A stretch of DNA of 64,000 nt from assembly GCA_022819505.1 (NCBI GenBank), contig JAJEHD010000001.1, positions 9,366-73,365 on the forward strand, in the 5' to 3' direction. Of this stretch, positions 43,019-52,542 are shown piece after piece. The position numbers were made by a program, and so were the translations under genes. Positions within the stretch are counted from its first letter, which is position 1. Each line of letters starts with the position of its first letter. The notes under the pieces are model-generated. The model was not told the origin of the DNA, made no database searches, and saw only the letters and a program-made list of their open reading frames with translations. The DNA comes from Acidimicrobiia bacterium (GTDB taxonomy: Bacteria > Actinomycetota > Acidimicrobiia > Acidimicrobiales > Aldehydirespiratoraceae).

Positions 43019-44622
43019 CAGCAGTAACCCAGATCGCGGCAGATCTCCACCTGTTCCAGATGCTCCTCGTAGGTCTCCGAGAAGTAGTGGGCGCCACGGA
43101 CGCCCGCCTCGTCGGTGCGGACATAGAAGAGCCAATTCCCATCGCTGGGCTGCAACGCCGCGATCAGCGACGCCTCGCCCGGCGCCGAGATCGGCGTGGG
43201 CGGCAAGCCGGTCACCACCCGGGTGTTCCACGGCGAGTCCCGCCGGATGTCCTCCGAGGTGAGGTCGGCACACGACTTGCCGGCCGCGTAGCAGGCGGTG
43301 GCATCGATGTCGAGACGCATTCCCTCCTCCAGGCGGTTGTAGATCACCCGGGCGATCTTGGCCCGGTCCTGCTGCAACAGGGCCTCCTCCTCGACGAGGC
43401 TGGCCACGATGACCAAGTCATAGGGCCGCAGACCCAACTCGACGAGGTCGGGGTGGATTCCGGGATCCTCCAGCAAGCGAGCGAACCGCCGGTCGAACTC
43501 GTCGGACATCCTCAGCAGGAAGCCGTGCTCGTCTGCGAGGTCGTCGGCGTTGATGTCGTAGGTGGCCGGGAACAGCATCCCCTCAAGGCTCCGAGCGCGA
43601 GCATCGTCGGGAAGGTACGACGCCTCGCGAACCAGCGATACGTAGGCCGCCTCGAGGTCGTCCCGCTCGAAGACGGGGTTCTCCTCCAACAGCCGGGGGA
43701 CCATCTCGATCCACCGCAGGCCCTCCGGGATCCGGACCAGTTCGAAGACCTCGGGCAACGGTCCGGCATCGAACACCGTGCGCACCGACGCGAAGTCCAT
43801 GTTCTCGTAGAGGATGTAATCACCGGCCTCCACCGCCACGACCGTGTCGCACCCGAGGAACCCGGTGATGGTCAGAACGCCGTCGCAGCGCAGCCAGTAG
43901 CGGAAGACGGTGGCATTGGAGATGACGCCCGCGCTCTGCAGCTCCCCCGCGATCTCGTTCACAGAGGCGCCTTGGGGGATCGTCATCTCGATGGCGTCGC
44001 CGGGCAAGCCCTCGGGCGTGATCTGGGCGTCCACCCATCCGTAGACGCGGCCCCGCACCCACAGCACGGCCAGCACCACGATCACCCCCAGCACCACCAG
44101 GCGGATGAAGCCGCCCCAGAACGGTCGGTAGCGGACCCAGTTGCGGTCGTCAGCGTCGTAGACGGGATCGACGAGCGGGTCGTCCCCGAGCTCCTCCTCC
44201 ACCACGACCATTGCGCCCTCGTCCACGGTCGACCAGCGGCTCTGAGCAGCAGCCGTCCGCTGCCCGTCGCGGCGGGCCGCCTTGCGGGCCGACCGCTGAT
44301 AGGACCGCGCCGCCCGAACCGCGTTCCGCTGGGCGCGGCGATCGGGACGGGTCTTCGGAGGCTTGGGGAGCTTGCCGCCCCGGGGGCCAGGCCGACGCGC
44401 CGCCGGAGGGCGCTCGCGACCCGCACCAGGACCAGACACGACGGGCGGACGCTGGCGGCCTGCGCCACCAGGTGCGGCTGGCTGGGCGCGGGCTCGGGCT
44501 TCGTTCGCCGGCGCTCCAGGCGAACGAAGCGGCACAGCTGTTGGCCGGGCACCGGTATCGGGGCGACCGGTGATGAAGTCGGACAGCTTCGACGGGCGGC
44601 GACGGCTGCGGTGCTCAGCCAC
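43018..44622 (-). CDS. mltG: endolytic transglycosylase MltG with a long basic N-terminal extension
   Basis: LEGMLFPATY, ASLVEEE, VIYNRL, GLPPTPI and LFYV motifs; single TM segment. Confidence 0.93.
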   Translation of the reverse strand: MAEHRSRRRPSKLSDFITGRPDTGARPTAVPLRSPGAPANEARARAQPAAPGGAGRQRPPVVSGPGAGRERPPAARRPGPRGGKLPKPPKTRPDRRAQRNAVRAARSYQRSARKAARRDGQRTAAAQSRWSTVDEGAMVVVEEELGDDPLVDPVYDADDRNWVRYRPFWGGFIRLVVLGVIVVLAVLWVRGRVYGWVDAQITPEGLPGDAIEMTIPQGASVNEIAGELQSAGVISNATVFRYWLRCDGVLTITGFLGCDTVVAVEAGDYILYENMDFASVRTVFDAGPLPEVFELVRIPEGLRWIEMVPRLLEENPVFERDDLEAAYVSLVREASYLPDDARARSLEGMLFPATYDINADDLADEHGFLLRMSDEFDRRFARLLEDPGIHPDLVELGLRPYDLVIVASLVEEEALLQQDRAKIARVIYNRLEEGMRLDIDATACYAAGKSCADLTSEDIRRDSPWNTRVVTGLPPTPISAPGEASLIAALQPSDGNWLFYVRTDEAGVRGAHYFSETYEEHLEQVEICRDLGYC

Positions 44623-45037
44623 CGGGCATACCCGCGTCGAGCCAGGACTGCAGCACCACCGCGGCCGCCACCTGGTCGACAACGCCGCGCCTTTCAGGGC
44701 CCTTCATCTGCTGCTCCATGAGGCTCCGCTCTGCGATGACCGTAGTCAGCCGTTCATCGTAGGAAACGACAGGCACGGCCAAGAACCGCCCGAGGCGGTC
44801 GATCTCGGCGCGGGCTCCCACCGCGGCGGGGCCCTCGGTGCCGTCGAGGGAGATCGGCAGCCCGACCACCACGATCTCGGCCTGCCATTCGGTCACCAGA
44901 TCAGCGATGGTCCTCAGGTCGCGTTCTGGGTCCCCGCTGCGAACGAGTGTCTCGACCGGAGTCGCTACCGTCCCCCCCGAGTCGCACACCGCGACACCGA
45001 CCCTGCGCTCTCCCAGATCGAGCCCCAGGGCTCGCAC
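44615..45037 (-). CDS. ruvX: YqgF/RuvX pre-16S rRNA nuclease
   Basis: LGLDLGERRVGVA, VVGLP, DERLTT and VDQVAA motifs. Confidence 0.95.
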   Translation of the reverse strand: MRALGLDLGERRVGVAVCDSGGTVATPVETLVRSGDPERDLRTIADLVTEWQAEIVVVGLPISLDGTEGPAAVGARAEIDRLGRFLAVPVVSYDERLTTVIAERSLMEQQMKGPERRGVVDQVAAAVVLQSWLDAGMPGG

Positions 45038-45038
45038 G

Positions 45039-47624
45039 TCAACTGGTTCCGCTGATTCCGGCCGCGGCGCGAGCCAGGTCGAGGGCCTCGTCGAGCCGGC
45101 CGGCATCCCGGCCCCCGGCGACGCACAGGTCGGCCGCGGGCTTTCCGCCGCCGCCGATGGTCTTCTTGGCCTCGGTGATCAGGTCGCCGGCGTGCAGCCC
45201 GCTGCCGGTGGTGGCGGCAGCAGCCAGGGCGGCTCCCCCGGAGTCGAGCGCAGTGCCCAGGACCACCGCTCTCACTCCGTCGACATCGCGGATCGACACG
45301 GCCAGGTCGCGCAGGCCGTCACGGCCCACGTCGTCCACCCGGGCCACCACCACGCCGTCCACCGCGGCGGCGGCTAGCTCCGGAGCCCTTCCGAGCGCCA
45401 CCCTGCGCCTCAGTTCCGTCACCTCAGCCCGCAACGCCTTGGTCTCGCCCTGGCGCTTGGCCACCCCGTCGGCCAGCTCGGCCGGGGGCACCCCCAGCGA
45501 CCGGGCCGCATCCTCTATGAGCGACTGCTGGCTGCGCAGCAGCGAGAGCGTGTCATGGCCGGTGATGGCTTCCAGGCGGCGCATGTTGGCACCGATCGAC
45601 GCCTCCGAGGTGATGTGGAAGGCGCCGATGTCGCCCAGGGCCCTCACATGGGTGCCGCCGCACAGCTCAACCGAGTGGCGGCCGGCCTCGAGCACCCTCA
45701 CCACCTCGCCGTACTTCTCGCCGAAGAAGGCGATGGCGCCCAACTGCTGGGCCCGGTCGAAGGTCGTCTCGAAGTGGCGGCACGACGCGTTGTCGAGCAC
45801 CTCGGAGTTGACCAGGTCCTCCACCTGGATGATCTGCTCGGCTGTGAGCGCCTCGTAATGGCTGAAATCGAATCGGAGCCGGTCGGGTCCGACCCAGGAT
45901 CCCTGCTGCTTGACGTGCTCGCCGAGGACCTCCCGCAGCGCCCAGTGCAGGATGTGGGTGGCGGTGTGGTTGCGGCGGATGCCGGCCCGGCGCTCGGAGT
46001 CCACGGCCGCGGTCACCCTGTCGCCGACCTGCAGCTCGCCCTCGATGGGCTCGACGATGTGGACATGCAGTTCGTCGACGGCGTACACGGTGTCGGTGAC
46101 CCGGGCCCTGGCGCCGGTCGCTTCGCACGAGATCTCGCCGGTGTCTCCGATCTGGCCGCCGCTCTCGGCGTAGAACGGCGTGCGGTCCAGGACGACCCGC
46201 CCGTCGGCGGCGTACAGAACCTCAGCCTCCGACGCCAGCTCGGCCCGCCCACAGAACTCGGTCGGCCCCGCGGCCGACAGCAGGGCCACGAACGGCGTCA
46301 CATCGTGGGCGGCGGCCACCGAACGGGCGCTGCGGGCCCGCTCCTGCTGCTCGGACATCGCGGCCGCGAAGCCCTCGGTGTCCACCTCGACGCCCCTCTC
46401 CGACGCGATCTCCACGGTGACCTCGAGGGGGAAGCCGTACGTGTCGTGCAACAGGAAGGCGACATCGCCGTCGATCCGCTCGCCCGGCGCGAGGCTGGCC
46501 ATTCGCCCGTCGAGGATGGCCTGCCCGGTGCGCAGCGTCTGGCGGAACCTCTGCTCCTCGCGGTCGATCACGTCTCGCACGTAGCCGTGGTTGCGGGCCA
46601 GGTCCGGGTAGGCCTCGGCCATCACGTCCACCACGGCGTCGACCATGCCGCCCATGACGGGATCGGTCACGCCCAGCAAGTAGGCGTGACGCACGGCCCG
46701 CCGGATGATGCGCCGCAGCACATAGCCGCGGTCCTCGTTGGAGGGGAACACGCCGTCGCTCACCAGCAGCGATGTGGACCGGGCGTGATCGGCGAGTATC
46801 CGGAGCGACACGTCGCGGGCCTCGGCTTCGCCCAGCTTGGCCCCGGTGAGACGCTGGGCCGCGTCTAGCAGGGCCACGAACTCGTCGGTCTCCCACACCG
46901 AGTCCACACCCTGGAGCACGGCCACGGTGCGCTCGAGACCCAGGCCGGTGTCGATCGACGGCTTGGGCAGCGGGATCTCGGTGCCGTCGGGGGTGCTCTC
47001 GAACTGCATGAACACCAGGTTCCAGACCTCGACGAAGCGCTCCTCGCCGCCATGGGCGGGGCCGCCGCCCGGGCCGTAGGCGGGTCCCTTGTCCCAGAAG
47101 ATCTCCGAGCACGGCCCGCAGGGTCCGACGTCGGCCATGCGCCAGTAGTTGTCCTCGCCCAGGCGCTGGATGCGCTCGGCGGGCACGCCGACCTCGTCGC
47201 GCCAGATGGCCTCGGCCTCGTCGTCGCTGAGGTGCACCGTCACCCACAGCCGCTCGGGGTCGAGGCCCAGCACCCCGGTGACGAGCTCCCATGCCCAGGC
47301 GCAGGCGTCGGACTTGAAGTAGTCGCCGAAGCTGAAGTTGCCGAGCATCTCGAAGAAGGTCAGGTGCCGGGAGGTGCGCCCGATCTCATCGAGGTCGTTG
47401 TGCTTGCCGCCGGCCCGCACGCACTTCTGGACGGTGACGGCCCGCGGGAAGGGGGCCGGCTGCTCGCCGGTGAAGTACGTCTTGAACGGCACCATGCCGG
47501 CCACCGTGAACAGCAGGGTGGGGTCGTGGGGGATCAGGCTGGCCGAGGGATGATGGGTGTGGCCCCGCTCGACGAAGAAGTCGACGAAGGCCTTTCGGAC
47601 CTCCGCCGCGGTCATCGCCTTCAC
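45039..47624 (-). CDS. alaS: alanine--tRNA ligase
   Basis: LLFTVAGM, HLTFFEMLGNFSFGDYFK, NHTATH and ELCGGTH motifs. Confidence 0.99.
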   Translation of the reverse strand: MKAMTAAEVRKAFVDFFVERGHTHHPSASLIPHDPTLLFTVAGMVPFKTYFTGEQPAPFPRAVTVQKCVRAGGKHNDLDEIGRTSRHLTFFEMLGNFSFGDYFKSDACAWAWELVTGVLGLDPERLWVTVHLSDDEAEAIWRDEVGVPAERIQRLGEDNYWRMADVGPCGPCSEIFWDKGPAYGPGGGPAHGGEERFVEVWNLVFMQFESTPDGTEIPLPKPSIDTGLGLERTVAVLQGVDSVWETDEFVALLDAAQRLTGAKLGEAEARDVSLRILADHARSTSLLVSDGVFPSNEDRGYVLRRIIRRAVRHAYLLGVTDPVMGGMVDAVVDVMAEAYPDLARNHGYVRDVIDREEQRFRQTLRTGQAILDGRMASLAPGERIDGDVAFLLHDTYGFPLEVTVEIASERGVEVDTEGFAAAMSEQQERARSARSVAAAHDVTPFVALLSAAGPTEFCGRAELASEAEVLYAADGRVVLDRTPFYAESGGQIGDTGEISCEATGARARVTDTVYAVDELHVHIVEPIEGELQVGDRVTAAVDSERRAGIRRNHTATHILHWALREVLGEHVKQQGSWVGPDRLRFDFSHYEALTAEQIIQVEDLVNSEVLDNASCRHFETTFDRAQQLGAIAFFGEKYGEVVRVLEAGRHSVELCGGTHVRALGDIGAFHITSEASIGANMRRLEAITGHDTLSLLRSQQSLIEDAARSLGVPPAELADGVAKRQGETKALRAEVTELRRRVALGRAPELAAAAVDGVVVARVDDVGRDGLRDLAVSIRDVDGVRAVVLGTALDSGGAALAAAATTGSGLHAGDLITEAKKTIGGGGKPAADLCVAGGRDAGRLDEALDLARAAAGISGTS

Positions 47625-47953
47625 GGCCGGCCGCTCCCGTTCGAGCCGCTCTCGGCACCCGGCGGCTCGTCGTCGCGCAACTCCGACTCGGTGTCGCGCA
47701 TGGCCTCGCGTCCCTCGGCAACCGCGTGACGGATGTCGTCGGCGATCCGGCGGGCCTCGCGGCCGAGGCTGCGGGCGCTGTCAGCCGCGGTCTGCTGAGC
47801 CCGCTGGGCAGCCTCCCGGGACCGGTCGGCGACCGCGTTGCGGACATTCTCGGGCGCGTACTTCTCTGCGGCGGCGCGGGCTTTGCTGCGCACCCACGCG
47901 GCCGTCCCGAGGCCGGCCGCGTAGCCGGCGCCTAGCCACCACAGCCGTTTCAT
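47621..47953 (-). CDS. conserved hypothetical membrane-anchored protein
   Basis: MKRLWWLGAGYAAG TM segment then coiled coil (EGREAMRDTE); coupled to both neighbours by 4-bp overlaps; usual position upstream of alaS. Confidence 0.75.
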   Translation of the reverse strand: MKRLWWLGAGYAAGLGTAAWVRSKARAAAEKYAPENVRNAVADRSREAAQRAQQTAADSARSLGREARRIADDIRHAVAEGREAMRDTESELRDDEPPGAESGSNGSGRP

Positions 47954-48507
47954 CGCCGCCGCCTCCGAGTCCGGGTCCGGGCCCGGCCGGTGTCGACCGG
48001 CCGGGCGCCACCGCCACGACGAGCCCCAGCCGACCCCACAGCCCTACCGGCACCATCGCCACGACGAGCCCCAGCCGACCCCACAGCCGCGGCGGGCGCC
48101 TCGGTCGCGATGGGCCCGGCCGCGGCAGCCACATCGAGGGATCGGCGAATGCGGCGCCGGTCTCGCAGGCGACGTCCGGCCTGGCCCGCGCCCGACACCA
48201 GCGACAGGCCCTTGATCAGCGGCGGGGCGAACGCCCGGTGGGTCAGCCGGCTGGCGTGGTCGACGGTGGCGGCGATGCGCTCGGCCCGCCCGATCACCCG
48301 GTCCACGCGGTGCAGTTCGGCGTCGACCTTGGTGACGGTGGCATGGAGGTCGTCCACCATCGGCAGCGCCGAGTCCCTGAGGTCGTCGACCACGTCGCGC
48401 AGCTCCCGCATGGTCCGCACCAGCGAGATGACGGCCACCGTGAGCACAGCCACGGTCGCCAAGCAGACGACGGTGACGATCACTGCGGCCAGGTCGACAG
48501 CGCTCAC
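47950..48507 (-). CDS. DUF948-like membrane coiled-coil protein
   Basis: N-terminal TM segment and heptad region (V..EL.RVD), PLIK motif. GTG 48507 lies 6 nt after TATCTT. Confidence 0.75.
   Translation of the reverse strand: MSAVDLAAVIVTVVCLATVAVLTVAVISLVRTMRELRDVVDDLRDSALPMVDDLHATVTKVDAELHRVDRVIGRAERIAATVDHASRLTHRAFAPPLIKGLSLVSGAGQAGRRLRDRRRIRRSLDVAAAAGPIATEAPAAAVGSAGARRGDGAGRAVGSAGARRGGGARPVDTGRARTRTRRRRR
48012..48088. repeat. 32-bp exact direct repeat, period 45, in the DUF948-like gene tail
   Basis: CGCCACGACGAGCCCCAGCCGACCCCACAGCC at 48012 and 48057. Confidence 0.9.
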
Positions 48508-48634
48508 CCAGTCAAGATACCCGGTAGCGGGGGTGGAGAGAATGGGCCGCAACCTCCCGCTTCCTGCGACTCGCGGCGCGAGGCCATGGCCCGGACGGCC
48601 CGTGAGCGCACTACGTCACGCTTGTCACGCTCGC

Positions 48635-48684
48635 CAAATCTGTATGGGTTTTGCACCCATATGACAGGTTTCTCTACCTATTTC
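48635..48684 (-). repeat. degenerate palindromic element overlapping the rarA stop (family member)
   Basis: Minus strand reads GAAATAGGTAGAGAAACCTGTCATATGGGTGCAAAACCCATACAGATTTG and shares GTGCAAAAC with the 6226 element. Confidence 0.6.
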
Positions 48685-50011
48685 GATCGAGTGGGCCGGG
48701 GCTGGGCCGATGCTTGCGGAGGGTGGCTTCGGCGCCGTGATCTGATGGCTCGTAGTAGACGTTGCCGGCCACATCGGCGGGCCGGTGCTCCTGGGAGACC
48801 CACCCGTCGGGGTCGTCGTGGGGGTAGCGGTAGCCCTCGCCGTGGCCTAGCGACTTGGCGCCCTGGTAGTGGGCGTCGCGCAGGTGCATCGGCACCTCAC
48901 CAGCGCCGGCGGCTCTGGCGTCGGCCGCGGCCCGGCCCAGTGCCACTGTCACCCGGTTGGACTTGGGCGCGGTGGCCAGGCGCACCACCGCGTGGGCCAG
49001 GTTGAGCTGGGCCTCGGGCAGGCCGACGTACTCGACGGCCCGGGCCGCGGCGTCGGCCACCAGCAGAGCTCCGTCGTCGGCCAGCCCGATGTCCTCGGAG
49101 GCCAGGATCACCAGCCGCCGGGCGATGAAGCGAGGATCCTCGCCGGCTTCGAGCATCCGGGCCAGCCAGTACAGGCCGGCGTCGGCGTCGGAGCCCCGGA
49201 TGCTCTTGATGAACGCGCTGATCACGTCGTAGTGGCCGTCGCGGCCGTAGCGCACCGCCTTTGCGTCGGCGGCCGCCTCGGCGTCGGCCAGCGTCACATG
49301 GACCGGTCCCGGCGGCACCGCGCCCGATCGGCTCTCTAACCGGCGGCCGGCCAGCGCCACCGCCACCTCTATTCCGGTGAGGGCATGGCGGCCGTCGCCT
49401 CCGCTGCGGGCCGCGAGATGCTCGACGGCTGCGTCATCCGCGGTGGCCTTCTCCTCGGCAAGGCCGCGGTGGACCAACTCCACCAGCGCTTCGTCATCGA
49501 GGGGGTGCAACCGGAAGAGCGTCGAGCGCGACATCAGCGGCGGGTTGACCTCGAAGTGCGGGTTCTCGGTGGTGGCCCCGATCAGCACGATCAGGCCGTC
49601 CTCCACCGCGGGCAGCAGGGCGTCCTGCTGGGCCTTGTTGAAGCGGTGGACCTCGTCGAGGAACAGGATCGTGCCCGTTCCCTGGGTGCCGAGGCGGTCC
49701 CGGGCCCGCTCGATCACGGCCCGCACATCCTTGACCCCGGCCGTTACCGCCGACAGCTCCTCGAAGTACTTGGCTGTGGTGCGGGCCACCACCCGGGCCA
49801 GCGTGGTCTTGCCCGTACCCGGCGGCCCCCACAGGATCACCGACGACAGCCGGTCCGACGCGATCAACTCCCGCAACGGCCGCCCCGGCCCGACCAGATG
49901 GTCCTGGCCCACGATCTCGTCCAGTGTTCGGGGCCGCAGCCGTGCCGCCAACGGCGCCCGCCCCCGCAGACGCTCAGCCGCAGCCGCATCGAACAGGTCC
50001 GCTGCCACCAC
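48674..50011 (-). CDS. rarA: replication-associated recombination protein A (MgsA)
   Basis: PLAARLRP, GPPGTGKTT, LDEVHRFNKAQQD, SAFIKSIRGSD and VPMHLRD motifs. Confidence 0.97.
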   Translation of the reverse strand: MVAADLFDAAAAERLRGRAPLAARLRPRTLDEIVGQDHLVGPGRPLRELIASDRLSSVILWGPPGTGKTTLARVVARTTAKYFEELSAVTAGVKDVRAVIERARDRLGTQGTGTILFLDEVHRFNKAQQDALLPAVEDGLIVLIGATTENPHFEVNPPLMSRSTLFRLHPLDDEALVELVHRGLAEEKATADDAAVEHLAARSGGDGRHALTGIEVAVALAGRRLESRSGAVPPGPVHVTLADAEAAADAKAVRYGRDGHYDVISAFIKSIRGSDADAGLYWLARMLEAGEDPRFIARRLVILASEDIGLADDGALLVADAAARAVEYVGLPEAQLNLAHAVVRLATAPKSNRVTVALGRAAADARAAGAGEVPMHLRDAHYQGAKSLGHGEGYRYPHDDPDGWVSQEHRPADVAGNVYYEPSDHGAEATLRKHRPSPGPLDRNR

Positions 50012-50103
50012 CCGACCCTACGCGCCATTGACGACGGATGGCGTTACGGATCCAGTCGATATGGGTATATCCGATTCGGAGCTGAATAGATATACTAATG
50101 ATC

Positions 50104-50310
50104 GTGACGAAGCGGCTCGTAGACATCGACGACGACCTGCTCGAGGAGGTACGCAGCCTGATCGGAGCGGCCACGATGAAGGAGGCGGTGAACGGAGCCC
50201 TCCAGCATGTGGTCGACTTCGACCTGCGTCTGCGCCACGTCCGCCGGCTGCTGACCATGGACGGACTCGATCTGGCCGACGACCAGGTCATGCGCGACGC
50301 ATGGCGGTGA
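50104..50310 (+). CDS. vapB: VapB-family antitoxin
   Basis: TKRLVDIDDDLL...TMKEAVN.AL RHH-like pattern. GTG 50104 lies 7 nt after TATACT. Confidence 0.85.
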   Translation: MTKRLVDIDDDLLEEVRSLIGAATMKEAVNGALQHVVDFDLRLRHVRRLLTMDGLDLADDQVMRDAWR

Positions 50311-50717
50311 GTCCGAACTACCTGGCCGACAAGAGCGCTCTGGCGCGAATCACGCAAGCCCCGGTGGCCGAGCGGCTCGTTCCCCTCATCCTTTCCCGGC
50401 AGGTCGCCACCTGTGCCGTCATCGACTTGGAGGTCCTCTACAGCGCCCGCTCGCTCCGCGACTACGAGGCGACCCAAGTCGAGCGGGGAGGCCTTCCCAC
50501 GCTGCCTCAAACCGTGAGGGTTGGAACCCGCGCGCTGGAAGTGCAGCACCTGCTAGCCCGACGAGGCCAGCACCGCGTGTCCGTGCCCGACCTCCTGATC
50601 GCAGCGACGGCAGAGGTCAATGGGGTTGCCGTGATCCACTATGACCGCGACTATGACAAGATCGCCGAGGTGACCGGTCAGCGCACCGAGTGGGTGGTCC
50701 CTCGCGGCTCGATCTGA
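50307..50717 (+). CDS. vapC: VapC PIN-domain toxin
   Basis: YLADKSA, LEVLYSAR, DLLIAATAE and HYDRDYD motifs; GTGA overlap with vapB. Confidence 0.92.
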   Translation: MSPNYLADKSALARITQAPVAERLVPLILSRQVATCAVIDLEVLYSARSLRDYEATQVERGGLPTLPQTVRVGTRALEVQHLLARRGQHRVSVPDLLIAATAEVNGVAVIHYDRDYDKIAEVTGQRTEWVVPRGSI

Positions 50718-50766
50718 GCGGTGGACAGCCGCGGCGAACACAGACACGCCGCAATGCGCCGGCCGC

Positions 50767-52542
50767 TCACGCTGGGGGGAGGACTCGTAGGCCTAGTTCT
50801 TGGAGGTGGGCGTCGGCTATGGGGCTGGGGGCGTCGGTCAGGGGGTCGGCCCCGGACTGGGTCTTGGGGAAGGCGATGACCTCGCGGATGTTCTCCTCCC
50901 CCACCAGCAGGGCGGCCAGCCGGTCCAGGCCAACTGCGAAGCCGGCGTGGGGCGGGGCGCCGTACCGGAAGGCGTCGAGCAGGAAGCCGAAACGCTCCTG
51001 GGCCTCGTCGGGCGCGATCCCGAGAACCTCGAAGATCCGCTGCTGGATCTCGCGGCGGTGGATCCTGACGCTGCCCGAGCCGAGCTCCCATCCGTTGAGC
51101 ACCAGGTCGTAGGCCTGGCTTCTGATGCCGAGCAGGCGCTCGCCGTCGAGTGGCTGTCCCGACATAAGCAACGGCAGATCGTCGGTGTGGGGCATGGTGA
51201 ACGGATGGTGCGACGGGATCGGTTCGCCCTCGGCGTTGAGCCCCTCGAACAGCGGGAAGTCGACCACCCACAGATAGTTGAAGCGGCCGTCGTTGACGGG
51301 CGGGCGGCCCAGCTCGAGGCGCAGCAGCCCCAGCACGTGGCGAACCAGCGGGCGCTCGTCGGCCACCAGGAACACCATGTCCCCGGGCCGGGCGCCGAGG
51401 GCCTCGATCACGCCTGCGCCCTCCTCCGAAGACAGGAACTTGGCCACGCCGGCGTCGAGGACTGAGCCGCCCTCCTCGGCGGCCACGACCCGCATCCAGG
51501 CCAGGCCCTTGGCCCCCCAGCGCTGGCAGGTGGCCACCAGCTCGTCGACCCGGCTGCGGGGCAGCGCCTCGGCGCCTCCTGTCAGGCAGATCCCCTTGAC
51601 GCACGGGGCCTGGAACACCCGGGCCTGGGTGTCGGCGAAGACCGGGGTGAGCTCGGCCAACTCCATGCCGAAGCGGGTGTCGGGCTTGTCGGAACCGAAT
51701 CGCTCCATGGCCTCGTGCCAGGTCATGCGATCGAACTGGCCGGGGTCGTGATCGGCTACTTCGATGGTGGCCTCGGCTACGGCCCGCGTCACGAAACCGA
51801 GCACATCGTCGCGGGTTGCGAACGACGCCTCCACGTCGAGCTGGGAGAACTCGAACTGGCGGTCGGCCCTCAGGTCCTCGTCGCGCAAGCAGCGGGCGAT
51901 CTGGTAGTAGCGGTCGACGCCACCGACCATGGTGAGCTGCTTGAAGATCTGCGGACTCTGGGGCAGGGCGTAGAACGAGCCAGGCTCCTTGCGGGACGGC
52001 ACCACGAAGTCGCGGGCCCCCTCGGGGGTGGAGGCGATCAGCATCGGGGTCTCGACCTCTACGAACCCTTGAGTGTCCATGGCCCGACGGATGGCCCGGT
52101 TGACGGCGGCCCGGGCCCGCAAGTTTCGCTGCATGCGGGGCTTGCGCAGGTCCACGTAGCGGTGGCGCAGGCGCAGCGTCTCGTCCACATCGGTGCGCTC
52201 GTCGAGGGGGAACGGCGGCGGCTCAGCCCTCGACAGCAGCTCGACCTCGCAGTCCTGGAGCTCGATCTCGCCGGTGGCCAGCGCCGGGTTGGCGGTGCCC
52301 TCGGGCCGCAGCCTGACGGTGCCGGTTATGCGCACGACGTATTCCGAGCGCAGGTCGCGGGCCCCGTCCACCACGCACTGGAGCACGCCAGTGTGATCGC
52401 GCAGGTCGATGAAGGCGAGGTGCTCGCTGTGCTCACGGCGGCGGTCCACCCAGCCGCAGACCGTCACGGCGCGGCCCGCGTCGCCGGATCCGAGACGGCC
52501 GCACAGATCGGTCCGCATGGCCGTGCCCTCGCTCCCGGTCAC
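50767..52542 (-). CDS. aspS: aspartate--tRNA(Asp/Asn) ligase, probably non-discriminating
   Basis: FIDLRD, STPEGARDF, ALPQSPQ and PPHAG motifs. His in RREH and Gly in RPEG fit the non-discriminating type. Confidence 0.97.
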   Translation of the reverse strand: MTGSEGTAMRTDLCGRLGSGDAGRAVTVCGWVDRRREHSEHLAFIDLRDHTGVLQCVVDGARDLRSEYVVRITGTVRLRPEGTANPALATGEIELQDCEVELLSRAEPPPFPLDERTDVDETLRLRHRYVDLRKPRMQRNLRARAAVNRAIRRAMDTQGFVEVETPMLIASTPEGARDFVVPSRKEPGSFYALPQSPQIFKQLTMVGGVDRYYQIARCLRDEDLRADRQFEFSQLDVEASFATRDDVLGFVTRAVAEATIEVADHDPGQFDRMTWHEAMERFGSDKPDTRFGMELAELTPVFADTQARVFQAPCVKGICLTGGAEALPRSRVDELVATCQRWGAKGLAWMRVVAAEEGGSVLDAGVAKFLSSEEGAGVIEALGARPGDMVFLVADERPLVRHVLGLLRLELGRPPVNDGRFNYLWVVDFPLFEGLNAEGEPIPSHHPFTMPHTDDLPLLMSGQPLDGERLLGIRSQAYDLVLNGWELGSGSVRIHRREIQQRIFEVLGIAPDEAQERFGFLLDAFRYGAPPHAGFAVGLDRLAALLVGEENIREVIAFPKTQSGADPLTDAPSPIADAHLQELGLRVLPPA

